A stretch of DNA of 32,000 nt from Methylophilales phage Melnitz-1 EXVC043M. The stretch is taken from sequence record MZ577095.1; one strand, 5' to 3'. A model generated the notes under the pieces. The model had not been told where the DNA came from and did not search any database. It saw only the letters and a program-made list of their open reading frames with translations. The translations under genes were made by a program, and so were the position numbers. Of the stretch, positions 1 through 9,201 are shown piece by piece (the first letter of the stretch is position 1; the number at the start of each line of letters is the position of its first letter).

Positions 1-111
1 ATAGCAGAAGCAGTGGAAAGTGAATTGACAAAGATTGCTCATAGTCAAGATATCATTGATATGATTGACAAACACTTTCAAGGTGAGGAACAATTACCGC
101 TTTTCTCTTGA
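1..111 (+). CDS. C-terminal fragment of an unidentified protein truncated by the window edge (…DKHFQGEEQLPLFS*)
   Basis: Open frame from base 1 to TGA at 109-111; tail resembles a bacterial beta-clamp-binding peptide. Confidence 0.55.
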   Translation: MAEAVESELTKIAHSQDIIDMIDKHFQGEEQLPLFS

Positions 112-136
112 CATTCACCCCTAAACCGTATATAAT
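108..136 (+). promoter_or_regulatory. sigma70-type early promoter upstream of gene 43: TTGACA (108-113), 17 nt, TATAAT (131-136)
   Basis: Perfect consensus hexamers and spacer. Confidence 0.85.
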
Positions 137-162
137 GAAACTCTTTGATAAGGAAAAATGTC

Positions 163-2694
163 TTGAATTTTTATACTCATGTAGCCCAGTGGGGCAACCA
201 ACTTTTGGTTCGTGCAGTAAAGAATGGTGTTCGCTCTAACTATAAGGTTAAATACGAACCCACACTTTATGTACCTGTAAAGAACCCTACTGGATTTACA
301 ACTCTGGATGGCGGTAACGTCAATCCAATGAAATTCCTTACCATCAAAGAGGCAAAGGAATTTGTAGAGTTGTATCAGAGTCAACCACACCTTGTGTTTG
401 GTATGACTCAATTCCCATATACTTACATCGCTGAACAATACCCTAAACAGATTCAATTTGATTCTGAGAAGATGCGTATTGTTACTATTGATATTGAGGT
501 TGAATGTGAGAATGGTTTCCCACATGCAGAACAAGCTGCAGAACCCATGTTATCAATCACTATCAAGAACCACGATACTGGACGTATTAAGGTTTGGGGT
601 TTACATGAATATAAAAACGATAGAGATGATGTACAATACATTCAGTGTGCAAATGAACGTGAACTTCTAGCACAATTCCTTGCATGGTGGGAGTATGACC
701 ATCCAGATATTATTACTGGTTGGAATACAGAATTCTTTGATATTCCCTATATCTGTAACCGTATCAAATCTCAAATGGGTGAGGACGCAATGAAACGTCT
801 ATCGCCTTGGGGTGTTGTTGATGCAAGAATGGTTGGTTCTGGTTTCGGTAAGAAAGACCAAGTATACAATATTCTTGGTGTTGAGAATATCGACTATCTA
901 CAACTCTATCGTAAATTTACTTATACTAATCAAGAATCATATCGCCTTGACCATATTGCATTTGTTGAACTAGGACAACGCAAAGATGATAATCCTTATG
1001 AGACATTTCGTGATTGGTATACTAAAGATTATCAGTCATTCCTAGACTATAACATCCAAGACGTTGAACTAGTTGACAGGCTTGATGAGAAGATGAAACT
1101 CATCGACTTGATTCTGACTATGACATATGAGGCAAAGGTAAATGTCTCTGATTCATTTACGTCTGTTAAGTATTGGGATGTACTAATTTACAATCATCTA
1201 CTAAAACAAAAGATTATTATTCCACAGAAACTTGGACACAAATCCAAGGGTGAGAAATATGTTGGTGCTTATGTAAAAGAACCACAAGTAGGACAACACA
1301 AATGGGTTATGTCTTTTGACTTAAACTCTCTATATCCTCACTTGATTATGCAGTACAATATTTCACCAGAGACTTTGTTGTCAAAACAACTTAATCTTGG
1401 TGATACTGCTGTTGATGATTTGATTGCACAGAAATTCAAAATTAAAGATATGCTTCCATCTAATGTAACGATGACACCTAACGGTGCATTGTTCAGTAAG
1501 GACAAACTAGGGTTCTTACCTAAGATGATGCAAGAGATGTACGATGACCGTACTATCTACAAAAAGAAGATGTTGGATGCCCAACAAAAATATGAAAATA
1601 CCAAAGATGCTAAATACTTAAAGGATGTATCTAAGTTTCAGAACATCCAGATGGCAAGAAAGATTTCACTAAACTCAGCCTATGGTGCGATTGGTAATGA
1701 GTGGTTTAGATATTATGATTTGAGAATTGCAGAAGGTATTACAACTTCTGGACAGTTCTCTATTCGTTGGATTGAAAAATCTATTAACATGTATCTAAAC
1801 AAATTGTTAAAAACGGATGGAGAAGATTATGTTATTGCATCGGATACGGATTCAGTATACATTACTTTTGACAAGTTGGTTAATACTGTGCTTAAAAAGA
1901 AAGCAGATGAGTCAGAGAGTGCGTATCGTGGGAGGGCGGTGGACTTCCTTGATAGAGTTGCTCAAGATAAACTTGAACCTTTTATTGATAAGAGTTATCA
2001 AGCTCTTGCTTCTTATGTAAATGCATATGACCAAAAGATGCAAATGGCAAGAGAGGTTATTGCAGATAAGGGTATCTGGACTGCAAAGAAAAGATACATT
2101 CTTAATGCGTGGGATATCGAAGGTGTTCGTTATCAAGAACCTAAACTTAAAATCATGGGTATCGAAGCAGTTAAATCATCTACGCCTGCACCTTGTCGTG
2201 ACAAGATTAAAGAGGCACTGAAGATTATCATGTCTGGTACAGAGAAGGATGTAAATACATTCATCCAAGAGTTTCGTGAAGAGTTTATGAAACTTCCACC
2301 AGAAGAGATTGCATTTCCTCGTTCTGTTAATGGACTAAAGAAGTGGAGTAGTAGTTCTGGTATCTTTACTAAAGGTGTTCCTATGCATTGTAAGGGTGCA
2401 TTGCTTTACAATCACTATACTAAACAGAATAGACTAACTAACAAGTATCCTCTTATACAGGAAGGTGACAAAATCAAGTTCTTAAACATGAGACAACCGA
2501 ATCGTATGTCATCAAACGTAATATCTTTCATTACGAAGTTGCCTACAGAACTAGAATTGCACAGTATGATTGATTATGACTTACAATATGAGAAGGCATT
2601 TGTTGAACCATTGACGTTTATTATGAACCAAATTGGGTGGAAGATTGACCGTTCTTATGGAACACAGACAACTCTTGAGGATTTCTTTGGATAA
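163..2694 (+). CDS. 43: T4-like family B DNA polymerase gp43; likely TTG start at 163 behind AAGGA (ORF open from 145)
   Basis: MNFYTHVAQWGN aligns to the T4 gp43 N-terminus; IDIEVE exonuclease motif, SLYPHLIMQY, KISLNSAYGAIGNEWFRYYD and IASDTDSVYITF polymerase motifs; C-terminal LEDFF clamp-binding-like tail. Confidence 0.97.
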   Translation: MNFYTHVAQWGNQLLVRAVKNGVRSNYKVKYEPTLYVPVKNPTGFTTLDGGNVNPMKFLTIKEAKEFVELYQSQPHLVFGMTQFPYTYIAEQYPKQIQFDSEKMRIVTIDIEVECENGFPHAEQAAEPMLSITIKNHDTGRIKVWGLHEYKNDRDDVQYIQCANERELLAQFLAWWEYDHPDIITGWNTEFFDIPYICNRIKSQMGEDAMKRLSPWGVVDARMVGSGFGKKDQVYNILGVENIDYLQLYRKFTYTNQESYRLDHIAFVELGQRKDDNPYETFRDWYTKDYQSFLDYNIQDVELVDRLDEKMKLIDLILTMTYEAKVNVSDSFTSVKYWDVLIYNHLLKQKIIIPQKLGHKSKGEKYVGAYVKEPQVGQHKWVMSFDLNSLYPHLIMQYNISPETLLSKQLNLGDTAVDDLIAQKFKIKDMLPSNVTMTPNGALFSKDKLGFLPKMMQEMYDDRTIYKKKMLDAQQKYENTKDAKYLKDVSKFQNIQMARKISLNSAYGAIGNEWFRYYDLRIAEGITTSGQFSIRWIEKSINMYLNKLLKTDGEDYVIASDTDSVYITFDKLVNTVLKKKADESESAYRGRAVDFLDRVAQDKLEPFIDKSYQALASYVNAYDQKMQMAREVIADKGIWTAKKRYILNAWDIEGVRYQEPKLKIMGIEAVKSSTPAPCRDKIKEALKIIMSGTEKDVNTFIQEFREEFMKLPPEEIAFPRSVNGLKKWSSSSGIFTKGVPMHCKGALLYNHYTKQNRLTNKYPLIQEGDKIKFLNMRQPNRMSSNVISFITKLPTELELHSMIDYDLQYEKAFVEPLTFIMNQIGWKIDRSYGTQTTLEDFFG

Positions 2695-2699
2695 ATGCC

Positions 2700-2728
2700 T
2701 TGACATTTGTTGGCAAAACAAGTATAAT
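2700..2728 (+). promoter_or_regulatory. sigma70-type promoter TTGACA-17-TATAAT
   Basis: 2700-2705 and 2723-2728, intergenic, ahead of the methyltransferase. Confidence 0.85.
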
Positions 2729-2757
2729 GAGAGTATAAATTATGAAAGAGGATTTGA

Positions 2758-3975
2758 ATGAAATATTTTAGATATACACTAGATGAAATGAAACAGTCAT
2801 CTGACAGGAAACTATTCGATTACATATCGTTCTTTGCAGGCGGTGGTGGTTCATCTGCTGGTTATAAACTTGCAGGCGGTGATTGTAAATTTGTCAATGA
2901 GTTTCAACAAGTCGCAGTGGATACCTATCTAGAGAATTGGCCAGAGACACCAGCACACATATGTGGTGATATCAAAGAAGTCACTGGTGCAAAGATTATG
3001 GAGATGACAGGAATTAAAAAGGGAGAACTTGATATACTTGATGGTTCACCACCTTGTCCACCATTCTCAATGTCTGGTACAAAACAAAAAGGTTGGGGTA
3101 AAGAAAAGACTGCCTATGGAATGAAACAAAAGAACATTGAAGATTTAACATGGGAACAGATTCGTATTGCTGGTGAGATGATGCCAAAAATAATTATCTG
3201 TGAGAATGTAAAAGGTCTTACAATGGAATATGCAAGAGAACATTTGATGCGAATGGTAAATGATTTCGAGGCATTAGGTTATACAACAGTTTACAAAGTA
3301 CTAAAGGGACACAATCATGGTGTACCTCAGAAAAGAGAAAGAGTTTTTATCGTATCGGTAAGGAACGATGTACTGGACAAAATCGGAGTACCATTTATGA
3401 TACTTGAAAGTTTGATTTTTCCAGAACCAGAAGACCATGTCACTACAATTAAAGATGCAATTTGGGACATTCAACAAAACAACGAGAATGCTTTTGAAGC
3501 AGTTGAACTTTGTGAGTCGATGACCAAGAGCGCTAAATATAAGTGGATGAAGAGACTACCAAAGAATCCAGAAAAGGTTGTCTCTGTTGGTGATGATGTA
3601 GTTGGGCCTTGGTATGATAAAGTCATTGAACACAGAAAGAAATGGGGTAAGAGTATTCCAGATAGAAAGAGTTCGTTCTTTCAATCTCGTAGAGTTCCTT
3701 GGAATCAAGCATCTCATACACTTTCTGAACAAGGACTACAAACAAGTCTTGCAGTTCACTTGCACCCAGAAGAAGATAGGGTGTACACAACTAAAGAAGC
3801 TGCACGACTAATGACTTTGCCAGAGGATTATAAATTCACTGGTACTCTTAACGAGAAACTTGCAAGAATTGGGTTGATGGTTGCACCACTACAAATGAAG
3901 TACCTTGCTGATAAAGTGTACGAAAACATCCTTAAACCCTATAAGGAGATACAAAATGCAGAAACTAACGGTTAA
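2758..3975 (+). CDS. DNA (cytosine-5) methyltransferase
   Basis: FAGGGGSSAGYK SAM motif, GSPPCPPFSMSG (PCxxFS-type catalytic motif IV), ENVKGL (motif VI), VPQKRERVFIV (motif VIII), C-terminal SDAM-like VYTTKEAARLMTLPEDYKF. Confidence 0.92.
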   Translation: MKYFRYTLDEMKQSSDRKLFDYISFFAGGGGSSAGYKLAGGDCKFVNEFQQVAVDTYLENWPETPAHICGDIKEVTGAKIMEMTGIKKGELDILDGSPPCPPFSMSGTKQKGWGKEKTAYGMKQKNIEDLTWEQIRIAGEMMPKIIICENVKGLTMEYAREHLMRMVNDFEALGYTTVYKVLKGHNHGVPQKRERVFIVSVRNDVLDKIGVPFMILESLIFPEPEDHVTTIKDAIWDIQQNNENAFEAVELCESMTKSAKYKWMKRLPKNPEKVVSVGDDVVGPWYDKVIEHRKKWGKSIPDRKSSFFQSRRVPWNQASHTLSEQGLQTSLAVHLHPEEDRVYTTKEAARLMTLPEDYKFTGTLNEKLARIGLMVAPLQMKYLADKVYENILKPYKEIQNAETNG

Positions 3976-4942
3976 AAAAGACTTAGGTCAAAAAGAAACT
4001 TACGATAAATGGAATGGTAAATTTCTAGACGAATCAGCATACGATGAGGTAATCAAAGTAACTGATACAGACATGGGAGTAATGAAACCTATCCTATCTT
4101 TGGATGGTTCAGATGTTCCCCTTGCATATGTTATTACAAATGCATTCCCTAAAGAAAGTAAGATTAGGGATATTCTAACTACAATTGAAGATACTTCTAC
4201 TATGAGAGCAAACTGTTCTGGCCCTATTGATAAGGAAGAGATGCTTGCAAAAGGATTAGTTGAAGGACAAGATTATAAACTAAGAACACCTAACTCATAT
4301 TACACTCGTACAAAGTCTGGTGGTTGGGGTATGATTGCATACTCAAACGAAATTCATTCTGTTATGATTGGACATAAACGTGGACGCTTTACTGGTGGTA
4401 TTGATGTATCGGGTTGGTGTAAAGACAATAAAGAAAAGTGGGAAGCACTACAAGAAATAACTGAACACAATGAAACTGCATTCTCAAAAGCAAACGATGA
4501 CATCTATAGAAGTCAAAGGTCTTTTGCAGAAAACAACATTCGTCCAGAACATCGTATTGGTGAAGGTATCTTTACTACACTTTCTGCAAATAGATATTCT
4601 GCATATCAGTCTGCAAAGATGGCTGCACATGTAGACAGTGGTGACACTGATGCTGGTATGACAAGTATGTGTGTATTCAGAGAAGGTGATTATGATGGTG
4701 CATATCTTTGTTTCCCTCGTTATGGTGTTGCAATTGATGCCCCAGATAATAGTGTAGTGATTGCAGACAGTCAAGAAGTACATGGTGTTACGCCTATCTC
4801 TGGTAGTGGACAACGGTTTAGTTGTGTTGCATATTGTGACAGACGATTGGCAACAGTCGGTGTTTACGGTAAACAAGAAAAACTGATTGGTAAGTACGCT
4901 GCAAAAACATCTGGAAATTTAAATGATTTTCTTGGCGAATAA
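3956..4942 (+). CDS. TET/JBP-like 2-oxoglutarate/Fe(II) dioxygenase (putative 5-methylcytosine oxidase); ATG 3956 behind AAGGAG
   Basis: HVD (4628-4636), HG (from 4781) and downstream R in GQRFSCVAY (4814) give the HxD…H…R double-stranded beta-helix signature of the family; adjacency to C5-MTase. Confidence 0.75.
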   Translation: MQKLTVKKDLGQKETYDKWNGKFLDESAYDEVIKVTDTDMGVMKPILSLDGSDVPLAYVITNAFPKESKIRDILTTIEDTSTMRANCSGPIDKEEMLAKGLVEGQDYKLRTPNSYYTRTKSGGWGMIAYSNEIHSVMIGHKRGRFTGGIDVSGWCKDNKEKWEALQEITEHNETAFSKANDDIYRSQRSFAENNIRPEHRIGEGIFTTLSANRYSAYQSAKMAAHVDSGDTDAGMTSMCVFREGDYDGAYLCFPRYGVAIDAPDNSVVIADSQEVHGVTPISGSGQRFSCVAYCDRRLATVGVYGKQEKLIGKYAAKTSGNLNDFLGE

Positions 4943-4945
4943 GCC

Positions 4946-4974
4946 TTGACATTTGTTATAATAACAGGTATACT
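4946..4974 (+). promoter_or_regulatory. sigma70-type promoter TTGACA-17-TATACT
   Basis: 4946-4951 and 4969-4974, intergenic. Confidence 0.8.
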
Positions 4975-5016
4975 ATGCTAGAAGATTGAGATTAATTTAA
5001 TTATGGAGAATGTGAA

Positions 5017-6300
5017 GTGAATATTGATTGGAAATGTGATACTGTTTTAGAGACAGAGTGTGAGTATCATTGCTATCTTGTAAAAATTAATAAGAAGGGT
5101 AGAAACAAATACATGGGAAGTAAAATCGGGTATCCCGATGGAACTTATCACGGAACAGTAGTGACTCACCGTTCAGCTTACAAGAAAGATTTGGCAACAT
5201 ACGAATCTGAGTATCAAGTTTTATTCACTGGAACTGAAGCAGAATGTCGAAAGTATGAACAAGACTATTTGCACAATAATGATGCAAAACTAAGTAATGA
5301 ATACTACAATGAATCTAACTCTGGTGCTTTCAAAGAAGAATCAAAAATATTCATTAGTTGTCTAGAGGCGTTAGAAAGTCGAATCTATGATGTAGTTAAT
5401 ACTGAATTATCTGAGATACTTGATTGGCAAACATACCAAGTTAGAGAAGAAGATGGTGTTGATGGTAAGCATGTAAAATGGTTGGTAGGTAAGATAACTG
5501 ACAACCCAAATTACTGGTCTACAAAATTATCAGAGAAACCTCTTATTGCTTTAGAAGATTTTGATGGTAAGGGGAAACCTAGACGATTGGGCAAAAATCA
5601 TACTTGTGCGGCAGGGAAAATGTACTTTGGTTCAGAGTCAAAGATAACACTGCCTGTTATTATGATACCTAAGAAGGTTTGGACGAAATTATCTGAAACA
5701 GAATTAGAAGAGATTGGCCAATTAGATAATGGACAATTAGACTTTAAGCCTAAAGAACAAGACACAACTACAATTGTAAATACATTGGTGAAGTATTGTG
5801 AAGATAATAATAAGAACCAAGACGACCCAGTTGTAAGAATTAAGTTGGAGAGACATGGATTTACTAGTCAAGAGATTAAATCTCTTAAAGGTAAGATTAA
5901 GAAACAAATTCTCAAACCAACAGGTTTAGGCCCTAACGAAAAGTTTGTTAAGTGTACTAAGGAATATGCATTAGAAGAAGCAAACAATGAGTATAAGGAT
6001 AAGACTACACATTGCATTATTGTTTCTAGTGGAATGATGAGAGGGTTCTTTAATGATTGGTCTAAGTCATTATCTTCTAAATCTATCAGAGGTAAGACTA
6101 ACTTATTTGTTCTATATTATCACACTGGTATTGAGCATTGGAATTCTTTTGCTGCAAACAAAGTTGAGTTTGAAAAGAAACTGAGTGACATGAACGCCTT
6201 TCTTAAAGAAGGTGGACACAAAGGATATGATATTCAATATAGAGAAATCAATCCAATTCAAAAAAAGAGTTTACTAGAAACTACTACGGAGCAGTCATAA
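5017..6300 (+). CDS. Uncharacterised 427-aa protein with possible GIY-YIG-like N-terminal domain (GTG start)
   Basis: YHCYLVKINKKGRNKYMGSKIG … ECRKYEQDYLHNND resembles a GIY-YIG core; remainder unrecognised. Confidence 0.6.
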   Translation: MNIDWKCDTVLETECEYHCYLVKINKKGRNKYMGSKIGYPDGTYHGTVVTHRSAYKKDLATYESEYQVLFTGTEAECRKYEQDYLHNNDAKLSNEYYNESNSGAFKEESKIFISCLEALESRIYDVVNTELSEILDWQTYQVREEDGVDGKHVKWLVGKITDNPNYWSTKLSEKPLIALEDFDGKGKPRRLGKNHTCAAGKMYFGSESKITLPVIMIPKKVWTKLSETELEEIGQLDNGQLDFKPKEQDTTTIVNTLVKYCEDNNKNQDDPVVRIKLERHGFTSQEIKSLKGKIKKQILKPTGLGPNEKFVKCTKEYALEEANNEYKDKTTHCIIVSSGMMRGFFNDWSKSLSSKSIRGKTNLFVLYYHTGIEHWNSFAANKVEFEKKLSDMNAFLKEGGHKGYDIQYREINPIQKKSLLETTTEQS

Positions 6301-6304
6301 AAGA

Positions 6305-6838
6305 ATGATTATAATGATAGGTGGAATACCATGCTCTGGTAAATCCACATTAATGAGAAGTCTGATTTCAGAAATGGGTTCGCATGAAGATGTTGAACCC
6401 ATGAAACTATTTCCATGTCAAAAGCATGGGGATACTCTTGTGGTTGGACGATATCCAGTTGGGGAAACTTTTGGTGGGACTGATAAGATAAGTTATGGTG
6501 CTATCTCTAAATTTAGGGATTTTATCGAACAAGAAACACCCAAACATAAACATATAATACTTGAGGGTGACAGATTTTGTCGTGCCAAAGATATTGAATG
6601 GTTGTTATCAGAACATGATGCAAAGGTTTATATATTAAAGGTATCGCCAGAAGTAGAAAGTGAAAGACACACTATTCGGGGAGATGAGCAATCAGAAAAA
6701 TGGTTGCAAACTAGACGTTCTCTTATTAGTAATTTACAAACTAATTTCTTGCTCATGGGCGAACTAGAAATAAGACAAACTGACACATGGGATTCAATCC
6801 GTGAGTTGAAAAATGAAATAAAGGAAAACTTAATATGA
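6305..6838 (+). CDS. P-loop NTPase/kinase (AAA_33 or polynucleotide-kinase-like)
   Basis: MIIMIGGIPCSGKST Walker A; HIILEGDRF Walker-B-like; RxxRR-containing lid-like region. Confidence 0.75.
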   Translation: MIIMIGGIPCSGKSTLMRSLISEMGSHEDVEPMKLFPCQKHGDTLVVGRYPVGETFGGTDKISYGAISKFRDFIEQETPKHKHIILEGDRFCRAKDIEWLLSEHDAKVYILKVSPEVESERHTIRGDEQSEKWLQTRRSLISNLQTNFLLMGELEIRQTDTWDSIRELKNEIKENLI

Positions 6839-7134
6839 AACCAAATACAGTAATTAGTATTCTATTCAATAACGGAATGGAAATTGTGGGGAGATTTGTT
6901 TCGGAAACAAGTGAAGAACTTGTAGTATACAAACCTCGTATGGCACAAATGTCACAACAAGGAGTAGGACTTATTCCATCAATTTGTGCTACTGGTAAAT
7001 CACCAGAAGGTGACTTTACATTTAGTAAAAGATTCATTATGTATTACACTGAATCCGTTGATGAGATTTCAAAGGGTTGGTTACAACATACTAGTGGATT
7101 GATATCTGCTGATAAAGGAACAATAATCTCTTGA
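6835..7134 (+). CDS. Conserved phage hypothetical protein (99 aa)
   Basis: ORF translationally coupled to 6305-6838 (ATGA overlap). Confidence 0.6.
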   Translation: MKPNTVISILFNNGMEIVGRFVSETSEELVVYKPRMAQMSQQGVGLIPSICATGKSPEGDFTFSKRFIMYYTESVDEISKGWLQHTSGLISADKGTIIS

Positions 7135-7159
7135 CTTTGGCAGACAAATATAGTATTAT
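7131..7159 (+). promoter_or_regulatory. sigma70-type promoter TTGACT-17-TATTAT
   Basis: 7131-7136 and 7154-7159. Confidence 0.75.
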
Positions 7160-7187
7160 AAACAAAATGGAATCAAAGGATATAGAT

Positions 7188-7598
7188 ATGACTGATGAAA
7201 GACTACTACTAGATTATGCTCGTTTTGTGGATGAAGTAACTTCTGATGAGTCGAAAGACGCACAGGCATTTTCAGACGCACTAGATATAATAGACGAAAC
7301 AAGTGGTTTGCCTCCAGAAAGATTGATTACTGCTGCATTGGGTATTTCTGCCGAAGGTGGAGAGTTTGCAGAGATTATTAAGAAAGCAGTCTTTCAAGGA
7401 AAACCTCTAGATGATGATGCACAATATCACATGAAGCGTGAGTTGGGTGATGTTATGTGGTACATAGCACAAGCGTGTATTGCTCTGGGTTGCACACTGG
7501 AAGATATCATTTATATGAATATCGAAAAGTTGGAAGCACGCTATCCAGATGGATTTGATTCTTTTCGTTCAAACAATAGAAAAGAAGGAGATGTATAA
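7188..7598 (+). CDS. mazG: MazG-like nucleotide pyrophosphohydrolase; preferred ATG 7188 behind AAGGA (7176-7180); ORF open from 7131
   Basis: ISAEGGEFAEIIKKAVFQGK … KRELGDVMWYIAQACIALG MazG EExxE…ExxD-type helices. Confidence 0.8.
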   Translation: MTDERLLLDYARFVDEVTSDESKDAQAFSDALDIIDETSGLPPERLITAALGISAEGGEFAEIIKKAVFQGKPLDDDAQYHMKRELGDVMWYIAQACIALGCTLEDIIYMNIEKLEARYPDGFDSFRSNNRKEGDV

Positions 7599-7601
7599 AG
7601 T

Positions 7602-8663
7602 ATGGACTTTTTAAAAGACATTGCTAAGACAGCGGGCAACGAATACGCTGCACTTGTAAGTGAAGGGGTAGAGGCAGGAGATGTAGAATCTTTTATTGAC
7701 ACTGGTTCTTATATCTTCAATGCATTATTGAGTGGTTCAATTCACGGTGGATTACCCTCAAATAAAATTACTGCGGTTGCTGGTGAGTCTGCAACTGGTA
7801 AAACTTTCTTTGTGATGGGTATGGTTAAGTCATTCCTTGATGCAAACCCAGATGCTGGTGTGTTGTATTTTGAGTCTGAATCTGCAATTACAAAACAGAT
7901 GGTAGTTGATAGAGGTATTGACCCAGAACGTATGGTTATCCTACCTGTAACAACTGTACAGGAGTTTAGAACACAATCATTAAAAGTATTGGATGCATAT
8001 CTGCAACAGAATGAAGCAGACAGACGACCAATGTTGTTGTGTTTGGATTCACTTGGTATGTTGTCTACTACAAAAGAAGTAGAAGATACTGCTGATGGTA
8101 AAGAAACTCGTGATATGACACGGGCGCAAGTACTTAAAGCTGCATTCAGAGTATTGACTTTGAAACTTGGTAAAGCAAAAGTACCAATGGTAATTACAAA
8201 CCACACATATGATGTTGTTGGTTCTATGTTCCCTACTAAAGAAATGGGTGGTGGTTCTGGACTGAAGTATGCGGCATCATCTATTGTATATCTTTCTAAG
8301 AAGAAAGAGAAAGATGGTACTGAGGTTGTAGGTAATATCATTCACTGTAAAAATGCAAAGTCTCGTTTGACTATTGAAAACAAGATGGTTGATGTACGAC
8401 TAATGTATGAACGTGGACTTGATAGATACTATGGATTGCTTGAACTTGCACTGAAGTATGGTATCTTTAAATCAGTATCAACTCGTATTGAATTGCCAGA
8501 CGGTTCAAAAACATTTGGTAAAACAATTAACAATAATCCAGAGAAGTTCTTTACAGAAGAAATCATGCAACAGTTGGATGATGCAGCTAGTAAAGAATTT
8601 AAGTATGGACAACGTGTAGAGGAAGTTGAAGAAGAAGAAGTTGCTGAATCAGATGCAACCTAA
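7602..8663 (+). CDS. uvsX: UvsX RecA-like recombinase
   Basis: [10 protein letters not shown] Walker A, LLCLDSLG Walker [15 protein letters not shown]. Confidence 0.93.
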   Translation: MDFLKDIAKTAGNEYAALVSEGVEAGDVESFIDTGSYIFNALLSGSIHGGLPSNKITAVAGESATGKTFFVMGMVKSFLDANPDAGVLYFESESAITKQMVVDRGIDPERMVILPVTTVQEFRTQSLKVLDAYLQQNEADRRPMLLCLDSLGMLSTTKEVEDTADGKETRDMTRAQVLKAAFRVLTLKLGKAKVPMVITNHTYDVVGSMFPTKEMGGGSGLKYAASSIVYLSKKKEKDGTEVVGNIIHCKNAKSRLTIENKMVDVRLMYERGLDRYYGLLELALKYGIFKSVSTRIELPDGSKTFGKTINNNPEKFFTEEIMQQLDDAASKEFKYGQRVEEVEEEEVAESDAT

Positions 8664-9201
8664 TTACATTAAAGTTTACAATGATGTAATAGAACCAGAA
8701 CTATCTCAACAATTGATTGCAATGTTTGAAGAATCAGAGCATCAACATGAAGAGATAGTATTGGAAGGACATCGTTCTTTCAAACAGGTGACATTACAGA
8801 ATCATCCAGAATGGGAGCCTTTTGTCAAACCACTACAGGATACGTTCTATAATTACATAGATAAGTACATGAACGATTGTGGGGTGACTGACAAGATGTT
8901 CCCAGAACAATTTGCATTTGAGGCATTTCGATTAAAACGATATATGCCTAACGATGTAGATGAGTTTGATGACCATGTTGATGTTGGTAATCATAGTAGT
9001 GCAAGAAGGTTCTTAGTATTCTTCTTATATCTTAATGATAATGAAGGTGGACATACAGACTTTCCAACTTATGATATTTCAGTCCAACCTGTTACTGGTA
9101 AGATGGTTATGTTTCCACCAATGTGGACTCACTTACATGCTGGAAGAAAACCTATCGACAAACCAAAATACATTATAGGGAGTTATTTGCACTATGTCTA
9201 A
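8653..9201 (+). CDS. 2OG-Fe(II) oxygenase, prolyl-4-hydroxylase-like
   Basis: DDHVDVGN … [15 protein letters not shown] … [33 protein letters not shown]; ATG 8653 overlaps uvsX 3' end. Confidence 0.88.
   Translation: MQPNYIKVYNDVIEPELSQQLIAMFEESEHQHEEIVLEGHRSFKQVTLQNHPEWEPFVKPLQDTFYNYIDKYMNDCGVTDKMFPEQFAFEAFRLKRYMPNDVDEFDDHVDVGNHSSARRFLVFFLYLNDNEGGHTDFPTYDISVQPVTGKMVMFPPMWTHLHAGRKPIDKPKYIIGSYLHYV

Noticed and set aside
121-534. Minus-strand 137-aa ORF over the start of gene 43
   Set aside because: Antisense to convincing polymerase coding sequence; low-complexity translation with no recognisable domain; all supported genes are on +.
3905-3955. Upstream in-frame start of the dioxygenase ORF
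   Set aside because: ATG 3956 has AAGGAG in good position; the upstream 17 codons translate the MTase 3' end in another frame.
2758-3975. Restriction-modification system interpretation of the MTase
   Set aside because: No restriction-enzyme-like partner is clearly recognisable; the neighbouring TET-like dioxygenase and kinase fit base modification better, although the GIY-YIG-like 5017 ORF keeps a nuclease link possible.
7131-7187. ORF-track start of the MazG-like gene at 7131 and an apparently leaderless ATG at 7167
   Set aside because: The 7131 start lies within the promoter; ATG 7188 has an AAGGA Shine-Dalgarno and leaves a plausible leader, so no leaderless claim is made here.
7742-8341. 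Minus-strand 199-aa ORF
   Set aside because: Fully antisense to uvsX Walker motifs; Ser/Thr-rich shadow translation.
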